From assembly GCA_964393695.1 (NCBI GenBank), contig CAYMWC010000004.1:298-64297 (forward strand): a stretch of DNA of 64,000 bases, given 5' to 3'. The notes beneath the pieces were generated by a model. It had not been told where the DNA came from. It did not search any database and saw nothing but the letters and a program-made list of their open reading frames with translations. This DNA is from an uncultured Pleurocapsa sp. Lineage in GTDB: Bacteria > Cyanobacteriota > Cyanobacteriia > Cyanobacteriales > Xenococcaceae. Both the position numbers and the translations under genes were made by a program. Of this stretch, positions 19,852 through 28,996 are shown one piece after another (positions within the stretch are counted from its first letter, which is position 1; every line of letters starts with the position of its first letter).

Positions 19852-21939
19852 CTATGTATTGTCTTGGGCAATTGCTTGTAAAGCAGCTTTGATTAATTGA
19901 AAATAGGGAGGTTGAGTAACATTGACAGATTTAGCTTCATTTCTACTTTTACCAATTAGTCCCTGGCGATCGCCCTGATGAACAGCTAAAACATCACCGC
20001 GATCGTTTCTAATCCTTAGTTCTTGGCAAGATTTACTGCATACATAGATCCTACCATTATGGGTAAATACTGCTTTTTGGATATTATCGGTATTAATTCG
20101 CTGATTTAGTTGGGTAATCTGATTACTGGGTGTAGCTTGGGGCAATTTAACTCCCACAAGTTCTAGTTCAATACTCGTGTGTCCCTGCCAATGATTCTCT
20201 TTTAATTGATAAGCAATATCGAGATATTCTGGTAAAGGACAGTATTCTCCCCATCGCCAAGCTAGTGCCTTGATTTGGAAGTCTGAATTAGCGTCTTGTA
20301 AAGTTAACTTTAAATGGCTACGGCTTTTCCCGATCGCTTTTTGCTCAATGACTCTTACATTAGGTGTCCAAAATACAGGGGGACTATTCCCAATTCCCCA
20401 GGGTTGTAAACCTTCTAGCTGTTCGTATAACTGATGATTGATTTGTTCTAAGCTGGCTTGAGCATCTATTTTCACCAACGGCTTGAGATGTTCTACCTTT
20501 AAACATTTATGGGCAAACTCGCTCAATCTTTGTTTAACTTGTTCCAAATTACTAGCAGGAAAACTAAAACCCCCTGCTGCTCGATGTCCACCAAATTTTG
20601 CTAATAAATCACTGCAATAATTAAGGGCATCAAAGACATTGAATTCATCGATACTTCTAGCCGAGCCTCGAATCATTAGACTAGTTGGAGATGCAGACGA
20701 TTCTGATTGCTCATGTTCATCTTCATAAGTACCAATAAAAACTGGTACACCATAACGCTCCACTAGACGAGATGCTACAATCCCAATAACTCCATGATGC
20801 CATCCTGCTGCTACTACTACCAAAACCCGATCACGCTGCCAGGGAATAGGAGTAGATTCTACGAGAGCGATCGCTTCTTTTTCAATTTGTTCGCATAGCT
20901 GCCGACGTTTTTGATTAATTTGTTCGCACTGCATTGCCCTTTCTAAAGCTAACCCAGGCTCATCAGTAGTCAATAGCTCAATTACCATTTGTGGATCGCC
21001 GATACGTCCTACTGCGTTAATTCTAGGCCCTAAGCGAAACCCAATATCATCGGGTTTTAATTGTTTCTGTGCCTCATCAACTCCTGCTACCTGCATTAAA
21101 GCTTGAATACCTAATAATTCCGAATTAGGTAAAGCTCTTAAACCCCGCTTGAGCCAACGACGATTTACCCCCACCAAAGGAGCTAGATCGGCGATCGTCC
21201 CCAGGGTAAACAATTCTAAAATCTGATTAGTTAAACCCTTTAATTTACCTAAACTTTGGGCTGTCGCGATCGCCAGAATATAGGCTACCCCAACTCCTGC
21301 TAACCCTTTATAGGGAGAGCTATCAGGCAATAACTTGGGATTGAGGATCGCATCCGCTGGAGGTAATCTATCTGGTAAGTCATGATGGTCGGTGATAATA
21401 ACACTTAAACCCAATTCTATTGCTCTGGCGATCGGCTCATAAGCAGAAATGCCGTTATCGACCGTGAGAATTAAACCTACCCCACCAGTAGCAAATTCTT
21501 CGACAATCCGTTGATTAATGCCATAACCATCCTTCATCCGACTGGGAATTGCGTAATCTACCTCTGCCCCTAAATGCTTTAAAGCCCTTAATAACAAGGC
21601 AGTACTGGTCATTCCATCCGCATCATAATCCCCACAGATAGCAATTTGTTCTCCTTCGGCGATCGCCTGTTTAATTAACTCGACACTAACTCCTAAATCC
21701 TGAAATTCAGATAAGGGAGAAGGCAGATGTTGAGATTCTGGTTCAATGTAAACCTGGGCTGCATCTACAGTAGCAATATCTCGATTAATAATTACTTGTG
21801 CCACTAATGGTAATAAACCAGTAGCCCGACTCAATTCTAAAGCTCTTTGAGGCTGAGGTGTAGCAATCTGCCATCTTTGATTAGGAAAGCGTTTGGGGAC
21901 AGAGCAATTACCCTGTGGGTATACTTCGTGAACGCTCAT
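19852..21939 (-). CDS. recJ: Single-stranded-DNA exonuclease RecJ
   Basis: GDYDADG, LTVDNG, TDHH, GT.ADL, PRINA.GR, GGH.AAGG, PWGIGN. Confidence 0.97.
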   Translation of the reverse strand: MSVHEVYPQGNCSVPKRFPNQRWQIATPQPQRALELSRATGLLPLVAQVIINRDIATVDAAQVYIEPESQHLPSPLSEFQDLGVSVELIKQAIAEGEQIAICGDYDADGMTSTALLLRALKHLGAEVDYAIPSRMKDGYGINQRIVEEFATGGVGLILTVDNGISAYEPIARAIELGLSVIITDHHDLPDRLPPADAILNPKLLPDSSPYKGLAGVGVAYILAIATAQSLGKLKGLTNQILELFTLGTIADLAPLVGVNRRWLKRGLRALPNSELLGIQALMQVAGVDEAQKQLKPDDIGFRLGPRINAVGRIGDPQMVIELLTTDEPGLALERAMQCEQINQKRRQLCEQIEKEAIALVESTPIPWQRDRVLVVVAAGWHHGVIGIVASRLVERYGVPVFIGTYEDEHEQSESSASPTSLMIRGSARSIDEFNVFDALNYCSDLLAKFGGHRAAGGFSFPASNLEQVKQRLSEFAHKCLKVEHLKPLVKIDAQASLEQINHQLYEQLEGLQPWGIGNSPPVFWTPNVRVIEQKAIGKSRSHLKLTLQDANSDFQIKALAWRWGEYCPLPEYLDIAYQLKENHWQGHTSIELELVGVKLPQATPSNQITQLNQRINTDNIQKAVFTHNGRIYVCSKSCQELRIRNDRGDVLAVHQGDRQGLIGKSRNEAKSVNVTQPPYFQLIKAALQAIAQDNT

Positions 21940-22138
21940 TATTTAATCTGATAAAGGTAGATTTTCACAAGCTATATTAGCCTGTAATTTTACTATATAG
22001 TCTGTTAATCTTATTGATTACGACCAGCGATCGCCTGAAAATTCATATTTATTTCTTTTTTTGCTTTAGGTTCACTCCAAACAGATTTAGCTTTGCACTT
22101 TTATTAAATCTAATAAAATCTCACAACAAATAGACTTT

Positions 22139-22855
22139 ATGCATTCTGCCAATAAGCAAGCGAATTTTGCTACTTCATTCCTAAACCTCAGTCGTTTAAG
22201 AAGCGAGACTATTCAAAACAACCACACTAAGTCCGAACTAGATTTGATTTATTTAGAAGACTCCGTAATTCTCCAGATCAAAAGAACCAACCAACCCGTA
22301 GAGACATACTATGGTTTTGACTTTCAAGCAGCCCAAAGAATTAAATCTGCTTGGGAATGGGAAGCAGAAGAAGAGTTAATGGCGATCGCTTCTGCTTCGG
22401 AAAACGCATTGTTTGTTATGGGGTGTGACTTAAAAACTTGGGAAATACCTTTTAGTTGCCTCCCTTGTTTAGATCTAGTTCCCCAGTCGGAGAAAGGTAA
22501 TTTTCAACTTGACGAGGATGGTAGTTACCTTTATTGGGAATGTGCCGATCTTCATGTCGATCTAGAAGAGATTAAAGCTGCCGTCGATCCTAAATTTAAA
22601 GAACAGCTTTTAGTTGAAAAATTAGAATATGGTAAATCCTTTGGTAAGGCGATCGCTTTTGTGAGAAAAGCCCACCAATTAAATCAAAGTGACATTGAAG
22701 GTATCTCAGATAGACACCTCAGAAGAATTGAAAACGAAGGACAACAGCCAACCTTAGATGTTTTGAAAAAATTGGCTGCATCTCATGGACTAGATTTGGA
22801 AGATTACTTAACAGAAGTCAATCAATTTCTCTTCAACACTCAATCTCAGACGTGA
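22139..22855 (+). CDS. DUF2442-like plus C-terminal XRE-type HTH protein
   Basis: F.LDEDGSYLYW...DLHVDL DUF2442-like segment; RKAHQLNQSDI..ISDRHLRRIENEG..PTL..L.KLA HTH. Confidence 0.75.
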   Translation: MHSANKQANFATSFLNLSRLRSETIQNNHTKSELDLIYLEDSVILQIKRTNQPVETYYGFDFQAAQRIKSAWEWEAEEELMAIASASENALFVMGCDLKTWEIPFSCLPCLDLVPQSEKGNFQLDEDGSYLYWECADLHVDLEEIKAAVDPKFKEQLLVEKLEYGKSFGKAIAFVRKAHQLNQSDIEGISDRHLRRIENEGQQPTLDVLKKLAASHGLDLEDYLTEVNQFLFNTQSQT

Positions 22856-22911
22856 ACTACCACATTAACGACCAACAAAAGAATTTAAAAAATCCAGGTT
22901 AACAAGACAGG

Positions 22912-23835
22912 TTATTTGTTAACTAATAATTTATTGCGCTTAAGATGTCTTCTAATTTCCCTTAAGCAAGCAAGTAAGCCATCAGTATGAATCCAGCCCA
23001 CATATCCACCAAAAATAAGATCACCAGACTTATCAGCAACAAATACGTGGAGAACATTTACAGGATTTCTCCAGGTTCTAACACTCACTCCACTTTTACA
23101 AGTAATAAAAAGTTCTGAACTAGAAAAATCTCTATGGTGCGCACTTGTCATGCCAGGTACTTGCTTAAACAACTGAATAATCTCTTTTGATTCGTCTACT
23201 TTGTATTCGTCGAGAATATAAGATTCTTCTTCAGGTTCAATAGTAATGACTCTTTCTCTGTCTTGTTCTTTTGCTTCTATAACTTGTTGAGCAGACATTT
23301 CGTTTTCAACTTCACCCAGAAAAGAAATTATAGTATCCTGCTGAGGATTCATTAACATAGCCATAAAATTAAATAGTTGCTCTTTACTAAGATTATCTCT
23401 TTCGTCAATACGAGTCAGAGTACGGCTGAAATAATCTTGAGTAACTGGAACTAAACGTTTATCAAGCTGTTTTAAAACATAGTTAGTAAGAGCGATCGCT
23501 TTGTGAAATTCCACTAAAACTTCAAAAGAAGGATTGATATCAATGTCTTCTCTCAAAGCCATCAGTTCGTGATATAAACTAAGAGCTAAATAAACTAAAT
23601 CTTTTTCCATCTCCGACTCAGCTAGTTTGAGATTTAGATCGTTAATCTGCTTTTTACTTCTGTCAGAAAGTTCATAATATTGCTTTTGTAGTTTATCTCG
23701 GCTGTTAATTAATTCAGCGTTAACTTTTTCATATCGTTTTACAGCCTGTTTATCCTTTTCGTTAGCTGCCTGAGTTGTCAATACGCCGATAACTGCACCA
23801 GCAGCACCGCACGCTGCCATGATTAGAGGTAACAT
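22912..23835 (-). CDS. Hypothetical protein: N-terminal Gly/Ala hydrophobic helix, coiled coil, separate C-terminal domain
   Basis: MLPLIMAACGAAGAVIGV followed by a heptad-rich region; 307-aa ORF, 25 bp downstream of 23861..24880. Confidence 0.8.
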   Translation of the reverse strand: MLPLIMAACGAAGAVIGVLTTQAANEKDKQAVKRYEKVNAELINSRDKLQKQYYELSDRSKKQINDLNLKLAESEMEKDLVYLALSLYHELMALREDIDINPSFEVLVEFHKAIALTNYVLKQLDKRLVPVTQDYFSRTLTRIDERDNLSKEQLFNFMAMLMNPQQDTIISFLGEVENEMSAQQVIEAKEQDRERVITIEPEEESYILDEYKVDESKEIIQLFKQVPGMTSAHHRDFSSSELFITCKSGVSVRTWRNPVNVLHVFVADKSGDLIFGGYVGWIHTDGLLACLREIRRHLKRNKLLVNK

Positions 23836-23860
23836 AAAAGTAACTCCTATAATTTATAAT

Positions 23861-24880
23861 TTATTCGTTAATTGGTGGTAAAAGATTTTGCTGAGAAGCT
23901 TTCAGAGATTCAGATTGAGTTGATGCGTTTTGAAGAGAGTGATAAATCTGCCGAGATTCCATATATCGCTGCAAAGCACCTTGTACGCCAGACTCACGAG
24001 GACGATTAACAATTGCTTCTGTCAATTGCTGTTGTGCATCTAAAACCGACATAGTTTTTTGATGTTCATAGATTAATTCAGCTTCCACTTGACGGAGATA
24101 TAACAATTCTTGCTCAGTCATCGACTCGTAATAAGCCCTAACTTGCTGCTTATGATCGTCTAGAATTTTAAAAAACTCGTAAGTTAAACCAGCACCTCCA
24201 GCAACCCATAAAGCAGGGGAAATTGCAGCTAGAGCTATAGCGATGGGAGGACAAGCCGTTGCTATAGAAGTAACAGTAAAAGCCGTCGCAGCACCAACAC
24301 CAGCACCCATTACTGTTTCTTTAACCGTTTCCTTGGCAGCATCTTGAGCAGAAATTTCTCCTCTGACAACGCAAAGTCCGTTTCTGAGCATCGAAAAAGG
24401 AGCAGTTGTAATCGCACCTATTACCGCGCCTTTCGGTGCTGCACGAAAACCTGCTTGAATCGCTCCAGTCAAATTTTCCAATTGTGCTGTAACATCTAAA
24501 CTTCTTTGCTCTTGACGAGTCATATTGCGATCGCCACGAGCGCGATTAATTGATTTGTTCTCCCATTTAATATTGTCTGATTGACCCGAACCTCCACGAT
24601 TGTGAGATATTATGTGGCTGGCATCTTTATCTGATAAATATTCTTTGACATTCTTAGCCGCAGATTGTCCATCAATACCTGCTCTTTGAGACGGCGGAAT
24701 TTTATCCATCATTTGTTGCATTTCCGCCGAAGTACGACCTACGCCTTGACGTAACCCACCTCTACGTAAATGATTTATTTTTTCGGGAGTGAACCGAGTA
24801 ATATCATCTAATTGAGCATGATGTACCTTAGAACTAGCAGCAGCATTAAATGCTGAATTACGTTCAGAATCGTTTGACAT
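23861..24880 (-). CDS. Hypothetical protein with HNH-like nuclease motif and Gly/Ala-rich membrane hairpin
   Basis: DASHIISHNRGGSGQSDNIKWENKSINRARG; GAVIGAITTAPFS and GAGVGAATAF...IAIALAAISPALWVAGGAG. Confidence 0.75.
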   Translation of the reverse strand: MSNDSERNSAFNAAASSKVHHAQLDDITRFTPEKINHLRRGGLRQGVGRTSAEMQQMMDKIPPSQRAGIDGQSAAKNVKEYLSDKDASHIISHNRGGSGQSDNIKWENKSINRARGDRNMTRQEQRSLDVTAQLENLTGAIQAGFRAAPKGAVIGAITTAPFSMLRNGLCVVRGEISAQDAAKETVKETVMGAGVGAATAFTVTSIATACPPIAIALAAISPALWVAGGAGLTYEFFKILDDHKQQVRAYYESMTEQELLYLRQVEAELIYEHQKTMSVLDAQQQLTEAIVNRPRESGVQGALQRYMESRQIYHSLQNASTQSESLKASQQNLLPPINE

Positions 24881-25010
24881 TTATTTAACATTATTATTTC
24901 TTTCCAGTTAATCCTATTCAGAGGATGAAACGTGTGATTTAAATCCTTAATGGTATAGAACTTATACCAACTCTCTACGAAAATGCACTAAATTAAATTT
25001 GACCCTTTGC

Positions 25011-25073
25011 GTCTTTGCGCGGACATCTCGCGATTTTGAAGAAGCTTCAAAATGCGTGTCCTTGTCTTTGCGC
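25011..25073. repeat. 41-bp palindrome GGACA...TGTCC flanked by GTCTTTGCGC direct repeats
   Basis: GGACATCTCGCGATTTTGAAG-AAG-CTTCAAAATGCGTGTCC at 25021-25061; GTCTTTGCGC at 25011-25020 and 25064-25073. Confidence 0.75.
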
Positions 25074-25236
25074 GAGATTTCAAATCTAAATATTAAGAGA
25101 CTTAGTAGGTTTGGTAGAACGATTAATTTTAATTTAATTGATTATGACCAAATATATACAACAATTGAAACGAACTTAGATAAATAATAAAAGCGATCGC
25201 GAACAGTTGAGATTTATCTTAGATAGCCTGTGCGAC

Positions 25237-25258
25237 TACCCTTTGGGTAAACTTCGTT
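25237..25258 (+). repeat. SDR-like hairpin micro-element
   Basis: TACCC-TTT-GGGTA-AACTTCGTT; same architecture as 58867-58889. Confidence 0.65.
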
Positions 25259-25270
25259 AACACTCATCAT

Positions 25271-25591
25271 TTAATTTGGTAAATGTAGATTTTCACACGC
25301 TATATTAGCTTGATTAGCTTTATTTTTCCTTGCTTCTAAGAAGTTTAAACCAATCTGAGTAATTTCATACCTACAATGCTTGCTATCTTCTTGAGGTGGT
25401 AATTCTTTGATCAATTCGAGCTTGATTAATTCTTGGATTATGTAATATGTAGGAGGAGATTTAGGATATCCTTTTAATCTATTCATCCTAAGTTCAACAT
25501 TGTACCAAGTATATTCGCAATTGTGGTTAGCAATAATTTCTAAGATTTTGAGAGTGGCTTTTTGTTCAAGATAATTTATTTCATTTTTCAT
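25271..25591 (-). CDS. Small winged-helix-like protein, putative immunity protein
   Basis: GAGGA overlapping the upstream stop; LKILEII...TWYNVELRM...IIQELIKLELI...YEITQIG wHTH pattern. Confidence 0.7.
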   Translation of the reverse strand: MKNEINYLEQKATLKILEIIANHNCEYTWYNVELRMNRLKGYPKSPPTYYIIQELIKLELIKELPPQEDSKHCRYEITQIGLNFLEARKNKANQANIACENLHLPN

Positions 25592-25595
25592 ATTT

Positions 25596-26051
25596 TTATT
25601 CCTCATAAGTGGATAAATCATACAGATCATCATCAGCAAGGTTGTAATGTTCTAGTGTAGATGTATGATTATCATTCCAAAATTCATAGTCTAAATTAGG
25701 ATTATCACCATTTCGATATTTTATTCTTTTATATCTAAAGCTTTCTCTTAACTCGTGAGCAAAGGTATCCAAATCTCTTTTAGTTGGCTCTATTTTTTTA
25801 GATAAAATATCTACAAATCTTTGTATTTGTTTTTGATTTTGTGGATCAGGGTCAAAAGAGTTCATGTGTCTTGTTACCTTATCCAAGCCTATTTTTATAA
25901 TCTTAATTTTATCAGAAGATAATGGTTTCGATGATCTTGGTAAGCCCGCTCTATCAGGATAAAAAGGGCGATTGCTAGATTGACCTTTATGTGTCCCAAA
26001 ATTATACATGGGGTCAGAAGGGTCAATTGGAGAAAAATTTTTACCGCCCAA
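25596..26051 (-). CDS. Orphan polymorphic-toxin C-terminal-like domain (HELxE type)
   Basis: RPFYPDRAG, RHM..F, HELRE..RY, WND.HT.TLE.Y motifs that I recognise from Rhs/S-pyocin C-terminal tips; TTG start, in-frame stop 6 codons upstream. Confidence 0.7.
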   Translation of the reverse strand: MGGKNFSPIDPSDPMYNFGTHKGQSSNRPFYPDRAGLPRSSKPLSSDKIKIIKIGLDKVTRHMNSFDPDPQNQKQIQRFVDILSKKIEPTKRDLDTFAHELRESFRYKRIKYRNGDNPNLDYEFWNDNHTSTLEHYNLADDDLYDLSTYEE

Positions 26052-26074
26052 TAGTTTAATTTTTGTCAGCTACT

Positions 26075-27589
26075 TTAGTTATCAAAATTGTTTTCTAATT
26101 TTGGTGTTAAATCGGATTTTAAGGTTTGTTTCCAACGCTGTTCCCAATCACGACCAATCTCAACAGTAACATCAGATTGCAAAACGCCTGTACTTTCTAC
26201 AATTACTTCACCTACGCCCAAAATTGAACGCACTTCTTCAGCAGCTTCGTCATCTCCCGACTGGGCAATTATTTTTGTAGTTGCTAAAGGATCTTGCCAA
26301 TTTGTACTAGCGGATACTCGATTATAGCCTGCTTCTCTTAAGGTATCTAATGCTGACTGTAATACTTGTTGATTGCCTGTACTGTCTTGAACTGAAATTT
26401 TTAGACGCGGATTGAGGAGTGCAGAGTTATTATTCAACGAAGCATACTGATTATCAGCGATGTCATCATAATCGTTATTGGCTGGCAGATTAAAATGTTT
26501 AGTCATCAAACGTTGAATTGCTTCCTCATTTGGTAACCAATAGCTTACAGTTTCGTTACCATTGTTAAAATCTCCTGGTAACATCATCATTTGGACGTTA
26601 GATCTTTTAGTTTGGGAAGCGAAATTAGACAGAGCCATTAACTCTCTGACAGTTAAATTGGTGTCTAGGTGAGATTGAATTACTGAAAGAATTTTGGGAA
26701 TTTTAACTACAGTTGCAGGCTTAAGAGTTTGTTCTACTGCCGAACGCATTAGCATTTGCTGTCGTTGTACCCGAGAAATATCACCATAGTCATCATAACG
26801 AAAGCGCAGGAATTGCATGGCTTTATCACCATCTAAATGCTGCACACCTTTTTTTAAATCAATATAAAGATGTTGGCTAAAATCGTTATACTTCATATCT
26901 TTGGGGACATTAACCTTAACACCACCCAAAGCATCTATAAGTTTTTCTACCCCTTGAACATTAACTCGTACATAACGATCTATATTTACTCCCCCCAATA
27001 AGTCGCTAGCAGCAGCAGCAGCAAAGGCTGGTCCACCATATTGATTAGCATGATTAATTTTGCTAATTCCATGTCCTTTCAGAAAAATACGAGTGTCTCT
27101 GGGAATAGAAAGTACAAAGAGTTTTTCCTGTTGAGGATCAAATCTCAAGAGCAACATACTGTCACTCAGACCATCAAAAGAGTTGACTAAATGAAGATAG
27201 CCGACATCTTGTTTATCGTATTTAATACCTCTGCCGTCGAGATCAGAGCTAATTACTTTGATACCCAAAACCAAAATATTGACAGGACGAGATAATTTTG
27301 GCAAGTTCAGATTTTTAGCAGTTACAGTTTCTTCTTGACTAAAAACTTTTTGTTCTTTGTTACTTAATTGTATTTGTTGTAACGGAGAGGCAGTAGACAA
27401 GGCTACAGCCAGAAATGCTCCTACTGCTGCTGAAACGAGAGAAACACCAGCTAAACCCAATCCAACTAAAATCGCTCTACCTTTGTTCAATTTTCTTTTC
27501 TGACTATTAGAGTGGTAATTAATTGAGTTAATCCGAGCCGTGGGTTGTCTTCCCGAAGGGGTTGGTTGATAAGCTTTTCTAAATGACAC
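26075..27589 (-). CDS. LytR-CpsA-Psr (LCP) family protein with LytR_C domain
   Basis: NILVLG, SDSMLL, SIPRDT, KINHA, GD.AMQFLRFR, DISRVQRQQ; N-terminal TM. Confidence 0.95.
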   Translation of the reverse strand: MSFRKAYQPTPSGRQPTARINSINYHSNSQKRKLNKGRAILVGLGLAGVSLVSAAVGAFLAVALSTASPLQQIQLSNKEQKVFSQEETVTAKNLNLPKLSRPVNILVLGIKVISSDLDGRGIKYDKQDVGYLHLVNSFDGLSDSMLLLRFDPQQEKLFVLSIPRDTRIFLKGHGISKINHANQYGGPAFAAAAASDLLGGVNIDRYVRVNVQGVEKLIDALGGVKVNVPKDMKYNDFSQHLYIDLKKGVQHLDGDKAMQFLRFRYDDYGDISRVQRQQMLMRSAVEQTLKPATVVKIPKILSVIQSHLDTNLTVRELMALSNFASQTKRSNVQMMMLPGDFNNGNETVSYWLPNEEAIQRLMTKHFNLPANNDYDDIADNQYASLNNNSALLNPRLKISVQDSTGNQQVLQSALDTLREAGYNRVSASTNWQDPLATTKIIAQSGDDEAAEEVRSILGVGEVIVESTGVLQSDVTVEIGRDWEQRWKQTLKSDLTPKLENNFDN

Positions 27590-27876
27590 TGAACATCCTC
27601 ACACTAAAGAAAAAGATAAAAAAATGATATATATACAAATATAATTCGATTAATATTAACAGTTATTGGCTAGTAAAAATACTGAGAGTAAAAATTGCCA
27701 TTAAAATATTGTTAATTCCAAAACCTCAATTAAAAGCCTATTTTAGTAACTATCACCTCCGAAATACATTCTGATTTTAGCTTTTCCCCCAGAGTAACGA
27801 CAGTTTAAGCAACTGGCAATTCTTTCCAGATATTATTGCGCTATTTTAGCTTGGGAAATTTATTGATGTAATCTGC

Positions 27877-28212
27877 TTAAGGTAGACTTTTGTTACCTAA
27901 ACGCAACATCAAGTACGTACAAGCTACAAAATAGCCTGTAGTTAGTAGGGCATTGGTATACAGCAAACGAAAAGACATAATCCCCTCAGTATTCGCTGCC
28001 CCTAAAGAGAAGAGAGAATAAGAACTTAACCAGACTAAAATTAGAGAAATAGCAAGACGACTGGCTTTTTGCTGTTGAGAATCAACTTGGTGGTCTTTTT
28101 GGGTGTGGTATAAAGTCTTGATAGCAGGCAAAATGCCGACAATGGGTAAGAAATAAATCCAGAGTTTTAAATGTCGCTCTGTCTGTAGTGGGTGAGAATC
28201 TTGATGATTCAT
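27877..28212 (-). CDS. Conserved hypothetical membrane protein
   Basis: Three hydrophobic segments (IYFLPIVGILPA, LAISLILVWL, TNALLTTGYF). Confidence 0.7.
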   Translation of the reverse strand: MNHQDSHPLQTERHLKLWIYFLPIVGILPAIKTLYHTQKDHQVDSQQQKASRLAISLILVWLSSYSLFSLGAANTEGIMSFRLLYTNALLTTGYFVACTYLMLRLGNKSLP

Positions 28213-28240
28213 GATCCTAGTGATTGAGGTTATGAGTTAA

Positions 28241-28870
28241 ATGACAAAATCAATTAAAGATGAGATTACGGCAATTATTTTAGCTGGGGGAGAAAGTTCT
28301 CGCATGGGACAAGATAAAGCTCTCTTAACTATCGGTGAGGATACGTTACTGTCTCGAATTTGTCTAGTTGCTAGAGAGTGTGCAACTCAAGTTTATGTGG
28401 TTACTCCTTGGATAGAAAGATATCAGGGGATTTTGTTCCCAGACTGTCAATTAGTTAAAGAACAGCTGGTTTTAAATGCTAGATCTAATACACCTTTAAT
28501 TGGCTTTGCTCAAGGATTACGGTTAGTGCAGACCAAGTGGGTATTATTACTTGCTTGTGATTTACCTCGATTATCTTCATCTCAAGTTCAACAATGGTCT
28601 GAAGATTTGGCGACGGTGCTGCCGAGAGAAATTGCTTTGCTATCACGTTCTCCAAAAGGTTGGGAGCCTTTATGTGGTTTTTATCGTCGAGATTGTCTAC
28701 CCTTGATTGAAGCTTATCTTCAGCAGGGTGGAACATCTTTTCAATCTTGGTTGGCAGAGTATCCTGTGCAAGAATTGTCAGTAAGCGATCGCACTTGTTT
28801 TTTTAATTGTAATACTCCCACAGACTGGGAAACTATCAGACCATCTTGCCAAACTCAAAATAGTCGCTAA
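28241..28870 (+). CDS. mobA: Molybdenum cofactor guanylyltransferase
   Basis: ILAGGESSRMGQDKA, ACDLP, EPLCGFY, FNCNTP. Confidence 0.95.
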   Translation: MTKSIKDEITAIILAGGESSRMGQDKALLTIGEDTLLSRICLVARECATQVYVVTPWIERYQGILFPDCQLVKEQLVLNARSNTPLIGFAQGLRLVQTKWVLLLACDLPRLSSSQVQQWSEDLATVLPREIALLSRSPKGWEPLCGFYRRDCLPLIEAYLQQGGTSFQSWLAEYPVQELSVSDRTCFFNCNTPTDWETIRPSCQTQNSR

Positions 28871-28996
28871 AATCGGGAGTAATATTTTCTTCATGAGGCA
28901 GATATTGAATTAAACATTTCTACATATTCAGTATTCCCTTTTTGGTGAATTAAGATAGCAAGTGATCAAATTTCCCATTTTATTTTTAGTAATTCA

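Noticed and set aside
19852-20060. C-terminal extension of RecJ
   Set aside because: I recall this as a usual cyanobacterial RecJ appendage; no sign of novelty here.
24999-25187. 62-aa track ORF
   Set aside because: It runs through a palindromic repeat, has a TTG start and no motif; likely spurious.
27550-27562. CCCGAAGGG hairpin inside the LCP gene as a micro-element
   Set aside because: In frame (PTPSGR), too short and lacking the CTTCG tail; chance is sufficient.
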